Source: Patescibacteria group bacterium (GTDB lineage Bacteria > Patescibacteriota > Patescibacteriia > JACRDY01). From it: a stretch of 64,000 nt of DNA. This document shows, piece by piece, positions 57,786-64,000 of the stretch; position 1 is the first letter of the stretch, and every line of letters begins with the position of its first letter. The DNA is taken from positions 32,000-95,999 of the forward strand of contig JBAZBH010000002.1 in NCBI GenBank assembly GCA_041671565.1. Reading direction: 5' to 3'. The notes under the pieces are model-generated. The model had not been told where the DNA came from. It saw only the letters and a program-made list of their open reading frames with translations, and made no database searches. A program made the position numbers and the translations under genes.

Positions 57786-58475
57786 ATGAATCAGGGGTGG
57801 GAGAAAAATGGCGTGTTTGTGGTAGTGCCGGCGTGGAACGAGGCGAAAAATATCAGCGTGGTTTTAAGCGATCTGAAAAAATATTATCCGGCAGATAATA
57901 TCGTGGTGGTGGACGACGGTTCGGCTGACGAGACTTACAATTTGGCGCTGGCGAACGGTGTGGCGGTTTTGCGCCATCCGCTTAATCGCGGCCAAGGCGC
58001 GGCCCTTCAGACCGGCACGGATTACGCGCTCAGCCGCGGCGCCGAGATAATTGTCCATTTTGACGCTGACGGCCAGCATCAAGCCGAAGAAATAGCGGAA
58101 TGGATCAAGCCGGTTGCTGCGGGTGAAGTGGAAGTGGTTTTGGGTTCGCGGTTTTTGGGCAAAACAGCGAAGAATTTGCCGCTCAGCAAGAAGATATTTT
58201 TTAAGCTGATTATTCCCTGGCACAATCTTTTTACCGGCCTAAAGCTTACTGACCTGCATAATGGCACTAGGGTTTTGTCTCGCCGCGCCGCTGAAAAGAT
58301 TCGGATCACTCAAGATGAAATGGCGCACAATTCGGAAATCCAAAGCCAGATTGCTAAATTCAGATTGCCTTACCGTGAAGTGCCGGTGGAGATTATTTAC
58401 AACCGTTACGGCCGGGGAGCGAAGACGGCCATGAAGATTTTAAAGGATTTAATCAAAAAGAGTTTAGTGGGATGA
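57786..58475 (+). CDS. glycosyltransferase family 2 (DPM1-like)
   Basis: VPAWNE, VVDDGS, NRGQGAA, FDADGQH, GSRF. Confidence 0.93.
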   Translation: MNQGWEKNGVFVVVPAWNEAKNISVVLSDLKKYYPADNIVVVDDGSADETYNLALANGVAVLRHPLNRGQGAALQTGTDYALSRGAEIIVHFDADGQHQAEEIAEWIKPVAAGEVEVVLGSRFLGKTAKNLPLSKKIFFKLIIPWHNLFTGLKLTDLHNGTRVLSRRAAEKIRITQDEMAHNSEIQSQIAKFRLPYREVPVEIIYNRYGRGAKTAMKILKDLIKKSLVG

Positions 58476-58483
58476 TTTAGGAC

Positions 58484-58638
58484 TAAATAATAAATCATAA
58501 GTTCAAAATTATAAATAACAAATAAATTATAAATTCAGAAATCTTAAGCAATAAACGGTTCGGATTAGGAGTTTAGAATTTATTGATTTAATGCTTATGA
58601 TTTATTTGTTATTTATAATTTTGGATTTAGAATTTAAA
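58484..58638. repeat. AT-rich inverted element (AAATAAC/TTATTTG family)
   Basis: caaaattataaataacaaataaatt / atttatttgttatttataattttg. Confidence 0.8.
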
Positions 58639-58643
58639 TTTTT

Positions 58644-58985
58644 ATGGCCATCAAAATAATTCTTCTCCTTTTCATCCTCTTCGTGGTTCTGCGGACCGCG
58701 GTCCGTTTCTATAAAAAAGAACTCCGCGGGCGGGAGCTGGCGAGTTGGCTGGTGTTTTGGGCACTGGTCAGCGCGGCGGTCGCCTTGCCGCAGGGCGCGG
58801 ACAAACTGGCGACTTTCGTCGGGGTGGAGCGCGGCGCGGACCTGCTCGTTTATATCTCAGTTTTGGTTTTATTTTATCTGGTGTTTAAGGTGCTGGTGAA
58901 ACTGGAAAAAGTGGAGGGGGAAATAACCAAGGTAGTGCGAGAAACGGCGCTGAATAATCATGACAATAAAAACATTAAAACATAA
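58644..58985 (+). CDS. DUF2304 family membrane protein
   Basis: W..FW, GVERGADLLVY, ITKVVRE; follows a DPM1-like GT2. Confidence 0.88.
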   Translation: MAIKIILLLFILFVVLRTAVRFYKKELRGRELASWLVFWALVSAAVALPQGADKLATFVGVERGADLLVYISVLVLFYLVFKVLVKLEKVEGEITKVVRETALNNHDNKNIKT

Positions 58986-59048
58986 AAACATTAAAACCGG
59001 ATCAAGTTTTGTTTTAATGTTTTAATGTTCTGGTGTTTTAATGTTTTT
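58963..59048. repeat. AAAACATT/AATGTTTT octamer inverted element
   Basis: Left arm lies inside the DUF2304 3' end. Confidence 0.85.
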
Positions 59049-59049
59049 T

Positions 59050-60114
59050 ATGATCAATCGTGTCGCCGTCATCATCGCCCCAAATTGGCATGATTACGCG
59101 GAAAAATATCTCCAAGGTTGCATTGACAGCGTGCGGGCGCAAAAGACCAGCGCGACTTTTAAGGTTTTTCTTACCGATAATGAATCAACTCCGGAGTCGG
59201 TGGCATTATTAAAAAGAATCGCGCCCGAGGTTGAAATCACAACTAACAAAACCAACGATGGCTTTGCCAAGGGCAATAACGATTCAATAAAAAAGGCTTT
59301 GGCCGAAGGGTTTGAATATTTGGTTTTGTTAAACATGGATACGGAAGTCGAGCCGGATTTTTTGGAAAAACTGCTTCAGGCCGCGGCAACGGCGGAAAAT
59401 TGGGGGGCGATTCAATCACGAATCATGCTTTATCCGGAAAAAGATAAGATTAATAGTCTAGGAAACAGCCTGCATTATTTAGGCTTTGGTTTTTCGGCCG
59501 GCGGCTATCAGGATATTGGAGTATTTAAGGAGCTTCCATTCCGAGAAATCAAAGGATATTTTTCCGGTTCCTCAGTATTACTTCGCAAAGATGTTTTGGA
59601 AAAGACGGGATTATTTGATGAAAATTTCTGGATGTATCATGATGACTTAGATCTCAGTTGGAAAATAACTTTGGCCGGCTACAAAGTTTATCTGGCGCCG
59701 CGTTCAGTGATTTATCATAAATATCAGTTTGTCAAAAGCATCAAGCAGTATTTCTGGATGGAGCGGAATCGTTTCATTTTTTTGTTTACCGATTTCCACC
59801 CGGTAACTTTAATATTAATCGCGCCGATGCTTTTGGCGATGGAACTCGGTTTATTCCTCTTCGCGATCAAGGGCGGATTTTGGAAAGAAAAGCTGCGGGT
59901 TTACGCCTGGTTTTTAAAGGGCCAGAGCTGGGATTATCTTAGAGAACGCCGTTGGCGGATCAATAATCTAAGAAAAGTTAAAGACAAAGATTTGGTTAAA
60001 TATTTAAGCTCAGAAATCCAGTTTCAAGAGATTAATAACCCGCTGCTTAAATATATCGGCAATCCGGTGATGAAAATATATTGGCAAATTGTTAAGAGGT
60101 TGATTGTTTGGTAG
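59050..60114 (+). CDS. glycosyltransferase family 2
   Basis: DNES, NDGFAKGNN, LLNMD, FWMYHDDLDL; start moved to ATG 59050. Confidence 0.92.
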   Translation: MINRVAVIIAPNWHDYAEKYLQGCIDSVRAQKTSATFKVFLTDNESTPESVALLKRIAPEVEITTNKTNDGFAKGNNDSIKKALAEGFEYLVLLNMDTEVEPDFLEKLLQAAATAENWGAIQSRIMLYPEKDKINSLGNSLHYLGFGFSAGGYQDIGVFKELPFREIKGYFSGSSVLLRKDVLEKTGLFDENFWMYHDDLDLSWKITLAGYKVYLAPRSVIYHKYQFVKSIKQYFWMERNRFIFLFTDFHPVTLILIAPMLLAMELGLFLFAIKGGFWKEKLRVYAWFLKGQSWDYLRERRWRINNLRKVKDKDLVKYLSSEIQFQEINNPLLKYIGNPVMKIYWQIVKRLIVW

Positions 60115-60128
60115 GTGGGGGCAGCGAA

Positions 60129-60210
60129 TATTAAAATATAAAAACATTAAAACAGTTTCCGGCGCCGTCTCTTTGTTTTAATGTTCTTGTGTTTTAATGT
60201 TTTAATGATT
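60129..60210. repeat. AAAACATT/AATGTTTT octamer inverted element
   Basis: taaaaacattaaaac / gttttaatgttcttgtgttttaatgttttaatg. Confidence 0.82.
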
Positions 60211-60212
60211 TT

Positions 60213-61355
60213 ATGAAGATCGCCCAAGTAGTTTGCACTTTTCCTCCCTATAAAGGCGGTATGGGTAATACCGCTTATCATTATAGTTTGGAGCTCGCTA
60301 AACTCGGCCACGCGGTGACGGTTTTTACGCCGCATTTTAAGGATCGGCTGGTTAATTTCCAAAATTTTACCATCCGCGGCGTGGCGCCCTGGTTAAGCTA
60401 TGGTCTGGGCGCTTGGAGTCCGCGACTGGCCTGGGAACTCAGCGACTTTGATATTATCCAGTTGCACTATCCGTTTTTTGGCGGCGCTTTGCCGCTTTGG
60501 TGGCTCAAGAAAATCAAGCCCCGGAAAACCAAACTGGTTTTACTTTATCAGATGGATGTTTTGGGTCAGGGCATTTGGCGCCGGGTTTTTAACTGGCACG
60601 CCAAATATCTAATGCCGGGGATTATCCGGGCGGCCGACAAAATCATTATCACTTCGCGCGACTACGCCGCCAGTTCTCGTTTGGCGCCGTGGTTGAGTAT
60701 TTTTCCTGATAAGTTTGTGGAAATCCCGCTCGGCGTGGATACGGCGGTTTTTCAGCCCACGCCGCCTGACAGCGAATTAATAAAAAAATATCAGTTGAAG
60801 CCAGGCGAAAAAGTAATTTTATTTACGGCCGCCTTAGACACCGCGCATTATTTTAAGGGCCTGGATATTCTTCTCGCGGCAACGGCTACACTAAAAAATC
60901 CGGCGCGGTTGGTAGTGGTGGGTAAGGGCGACCTCAAAGATTTTTATGAGCGGCGAGCCGAAGAGTTGGGGCTAAAGGATCGAGTGACTTTTGCCGGTTA
61001 TTTGAGCGACCGGGATTTGGCGCGGCATTATAACCTGGCTGATGTTTTTGTCTTGCCGTCGGTTAACCGTTCCGAGGCTTTTGGCTTGGTTTATTTGGAA
61101 GCCGGCGCTTGCGCCAAGCCGGTGATTGGCTCGGACTTGCCCGGCGTGCGGACGGTGATCGATGATGGGCAGACCGGCTTCTTAGTCCAGCCGGGCGACG
61201 CCGCTGATTTAGTTAGTAAGCTGGAAAAGATTTTAGCCGATGGCGAGTTGGCAAAACGGCTGGGCCAGGCCGGGCGGGAAAAGGTGGTGGCGAAGTATAA
61301 TTGGGGGAATATTGCTAAGGAGATCGAGATAATATATAAACAAATTAAAAACTAA
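60213..61355 (+). CDS. glycosyltransferase family 4
   Basis: FPPYKGGM, YFKGL, SEAFGLVYLEA. Confidence 0.93.
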   Translation: MKIAQVVCTFPPYKGGMGNTAYHYSLELAKLGHAVTVFTPHFKDRLVNFQNFTIRGVAPWLSYGLGAWSPRLAWELSDFDIIQLHYPFFGGALPLWWLKKIKPRKTKLVLLYQMDVLGQGIWRRVFNWHAKYLMPGIIRAADKIIITSRDYAASSRLAPWLSIFPDKFVEIPLGVDTAVFQPTPPDSELIKKYQLKPGEKVILFTAALDTAHYFKGLDILLAATATLKNPARLVVVGKGDLKDFYERRAEELGLKDRVTFAGYLSDRDLARHYNLADVFVLPSVNRSEAFGLVYLEAGACAKPVIGSDLPGVRTVIDDGQTGFLVQPGDAADLVSKLEKILADGELAKRLGQAGREKVVAKYNWGNIAKEIEIIYKQIKN

Positions 61356-61455
61356 AAGATAAAAGAGAAAAACGAAAAACAAAGACTAAAAACTTAAAAC
61401 CTCCCCGTTTTTACTTTTGCGTTGTTGTCTTTCGTTTTTATCTTTAAGTTTTTAT
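61343..61455. repeat. degenerate A-rich/T-rich heptamer inverted element
   Basis: taaaaactaaaagataaaag...aaagac / gtctttcgtttttatctttaagttttta. Confidence 0.65.
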
Positions 61456-61462
61456 CTTACTT

Positions 61463-63031
61463 ATGCCTAGCTGCAAAAACTGCCAAACCACCTTTACCAT
61501 CTACCCCGAGGACCAAAAGTTCTACGGCCGGATTGGCGTACCCGAGCCGACGCTGTGCCCCGATTGTCGGCAACAACGACGATGGGCTTATAAAAACGAT
61601 ATGACGCTTTATCAGCGGCCGTGCGACTTATGCGGCAAGAGTATGATTTCCATGTATGATCCGGCTTGCCCTGATAAATATAAGGTCTATTGCCAAGATT
61701 GCTGGTTTTCTGATAAATGGGGCGGGGAAAACTTCGCCCAAAAGTATGATTTTAGCCGGCCATTCTTTAGCCAGTTCAAAGATTTGCAGTTAAAAGTGCC
61801 GCGGCAGACGCTGATTAATAATAACGCCGTTAATTCCGAATATTGCAATTTTGCCGATTTTACCAAAAATTCCTATCTCATCACCATGTGCAATTATAAT
61901 GAAGATTGTTACTATGGCATTTGGTTGGTGGAGAACAAAGATTGCGTTGATACTGCTTATTGCCGCAAATGCGAATTTTGTTACGAGCTGATTGATGGCA
62001 TCAATTGCTATGAAGTTTTTCATAGCCAGTTATGCGGTGATTGCAGTCACAGCCAGTATCTATTTGATTGCCGCAATTGCCACGATTGCTTTGGCTGTGT
62101 CGGCCTGCGCAACCAAGACCACTGCCTATTTAATAAAAAATATCCGGAAGAGGAATATAAAAGTAAAATCAAAGGCTTGACCACCGAAGTGATTGAGCAG
62201 GAATTTAATAAATTAAAATTACAGCAGATTCGCCGCAATTTAGCCGGCCAACACAACCATAGCGCCACCGGTGATCATCTCTTTAACTGCGATAATGTCC
62301 GCCAGAGTTTTGATGTCCAGGAGGCCAAAGATTGCGCTTATTGCTATGACGGTTTGCGAACTAAAGACGGTTATGATATCGCCGGTTTTGACACCATGGA
62401 GCTGGGTTATGAATGCATCAGCGCCGGCTGGGGCAATGCTTACTTTTTTTCTTACTATTGCCGCACTTCGCACAATATCTGGTATAGTGACAGTTGCCAT
62501 AGTTGTTCGGATTGTTTTGGTTGCATCGGCTTGCGGCACAAGCAATATTGTATTTTGAATAAACAATACAGTGAGGCTGAATATAATAAATTAAAAGCGG
62601 AAATTATCAAACAAATGACGGCGGCCGGCGAGTTCGGCGAAAGTTACCCGATTGCTAATTCGCCGTTTGCTTATAATGAACCGTTGGTGTTTGATTATTA
62701 TCCCTTGAGCCGCGAGGCGGTATTACAGAAAGGTTGGCGCTGGCAAGAAGAGAAAGTTAAAAAAGTTAATCCGGAATTGCCGGTTTGCTCGGTTTGCGGC
62801 AAAAACTTCAAAATTATTGACCAGGAAAAAAAGTTTTACCAAAAAATGAATCTGTCGGATCCCAAAAAATGTTTCAAATGCCGCCATCAGGCGCGGCTTT
62901 TGCTCCGTAACCCCCGCCGGTTATACCAAAGAAAATGTGCCAAATGCGGCGCGGAGATAGAGACGACTTACGCGCCGGAACGGCCGGAGAAGGTTTACTG
63001 TGAGGAGTGCTATCGGAAGGAAATATATTAA
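61463..63031 (+). CDS. Cys-rich CPR-type protein with CxxC zinc ribbons and a repeat solenoid
   Basis: CKNC..PTLCPDCRQQRR, repeated CxDCFGCxGLR, C-terminal CxxC-x17-CxxC (KVYCEECY). Confidence 0.85.
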   Translation: MPSCKNCQTTFTIYPEDQKFYGRIGVPEPTLCPDCRQQRRWAYKNDMTLYQRPCDLCGKSMISMYDPACPDKYKVYCQDCWFSDKWGGENFAQKYDFSRPFFSQFKDLQLKVPRQTLINNNAVNSEYCNFADFTKNSYLITMCNYNEDCYYGIWLVENKDCVDTAYCRKCEFCYELIDGINCYEVFHSQLCGDCSHSQYLFDCRNCHDCFGCVGLRNQDHCLFNKKYPEEEYKSKIKGLTTEVIEQEFNKLKLQQIRRNLAGQHNHSATGDHLFNCDNVRQSFDVQEAKDCAYCYDGLRTKDGYDIAGFDTMELGYECISAGWGNAYFFSYYCRTSHNIWYSDSCHSCSDCFGCIGLRHKQYCILNKQYSEAEYNKLKAEIIKQMTAAGEFGESYPIANSPFAYNEPLVFDYYPLSREAVLQKGWRWQEEKVKKVNPELPVCSVCGKNFKIIDQEKKFYQKMNLSDPKKCFKCRHQARLLLRNPRRLYQRKCAKCGAEIETTYAPERPEKVYCEECYRKEIY

Positions 63032-63032
63032 C

Positions 63033-63108
63033 GGCACGGATGGGCACAGATTAGCACAGATCAGCACAGATCTGTGACTATCTGTGCCGATCTGTGTTAA
63101 TCTGTGTT
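63033..63108. repeat. CACAGAT/ATCTGTG inverted element
   Basis: gcacagattagcacagatcagcacagat / ctgtgactatctgtgccgatctgtgttaatctgtg. Confidence 0.88.
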
Positions 63109-63110
63109 TT

Positions 63111-64000
63111 ATGCCTAGCTGTAAAAACTGTCAATCCAACTTTACTATCTACCCCGAGGACCGCGCGTTCTACGGCCGGATTGGCGTACCCGAACCAACA
63201 CTTTGCCCGGATTGCCGGCAGCAACGGCGGTTGGCGTGGCGTAATGTCAGCCATCTTTATCTACGACAGTGCGATTTTAGCGGTAAGGATATCATTTCTA
63301 ATTATTCGCCAGATCAGCCATATAAAGTTTTTGATCCCAAAGTTTGGTGGACTGATAAGTGGGACCCCTTGGCTGCCGGGCGGAACTATGATTTTTCTCA
63401 GACATTTTTTGACCAGTTTTATAAATTGCAGTTAGCAGTTCCGCGGCCAGCTTTATTAGATAAAAATTCCACTAACAGCGACTACACTAATCACGGCGGT
63501 TATAATAAGAACTGCTACATGTGTTTCAATGTCGGCCAATCAGAGGATTTGTATTATTGCACTAATTTTATTTTAGAAAGCAAAGATTGTGTTGATTGCT
63601 ATGATATGCGCAAATGCGAATTATTATATGAGTGTTTTGATGTTAGGAACTGCTATAATTCAAAATATTTATTTTATTGCCGAGATTGTTATGATTCGGC
63701 TCTACTCTATGATTGCCATGGTTGTCACGATTGTCTGATGTGTTGGAATTTACGCAACGCCCAGTATTGCATTGAAAATAAAGCATATTCTCAGGAAGAA
63801 TACCAGAATAAATTAAAAGACCTCTATCCTCAAACTTATTCGGCTTGGCAGCAAAAACGGCAACAATTATTAGAAAATATACAAAGCCGGGCAATTCATA
63901 AATACACGCGAATAGAAAAAAGCGATCACTCTACCGGCAACCAGATAGTTAATTGCCAAGATGTTAAGAATTCGTATTATGCCACCGAGTCCGTTGGCTG
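63111..64000 (+). CDS. paralog of the upstream Cys-rich protein, truncated by the window end
   Basis: MPSCKNCQSNFTIYPEDRAFYGRIGVPEPTLCPDCRQQRR; absent from the ORF track, consistent with no stop before the window end. Confidence 0.85.
   Translation, partial: MPSCKNCQSNFTIYPEDRAFYGRIGVPEPTLCPDCRQQRRLAWRNVSHLYLRQCDFSGKDIISNYSPDQPYKVFDPKVWWTDKWDPLAAGRNYDFSQTFFDQFYKLQLAVPRPALLDKNSTNSDYTNHGGYNKNCYMCFNVGQSEDLYYCTNFILESKDCVDCYDMRKCELLYECFDVRNCYNSKYLFYCRDCYDSALLYDCHGCHDCLMCWNLRNAQYCIENKAYSQEEYQNKLKDLYPQTYSAWQQKRQQLLENIQSRAIHKYTRIEKSDHSTGNQIVNCQDVKNSYYATESVG

Overview
Bacterial chromosome segment with almost all genes on the + strand. Gene content and the AT-rich, SD-less starts point to a Patescibacteria/CPR genome (inference). 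The first half is housekeeping: nusA, yidC, CIRCE-groES-groEL, pyk, proS, lgt, smpB-ssrA, infC-rpmI-rplT and tRNA-Asp. The second half is cell envelope: Wzz, O-antigen ligases, GT2/GT4 enzymes, FG-GAP proteins, an ECF sigma/anti-sigma pair, an S-layer-like protein and two Cys-rich paralogs. The most striking signal is non-coding. About 40 intergenic elements are built from 7-9 nt tandem repeats, mostly arranged as long inverted arms, in more than 10 unrelated sequence families. Many end a few nt before the next ATG. They nest inside each other, occur in both orientations, and have captured the 3' ends of genes. One copy encloses a four-helix-bundle (S23/IVP, bAvd-like) gene, and an empty copy of that family is also present. 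A second layer of tiny 14-21 nt GC hairpins has inserted into these repeats and has overwritten a duplicate tRNA-Asp. All coordinates were read by eye and no searches were run.
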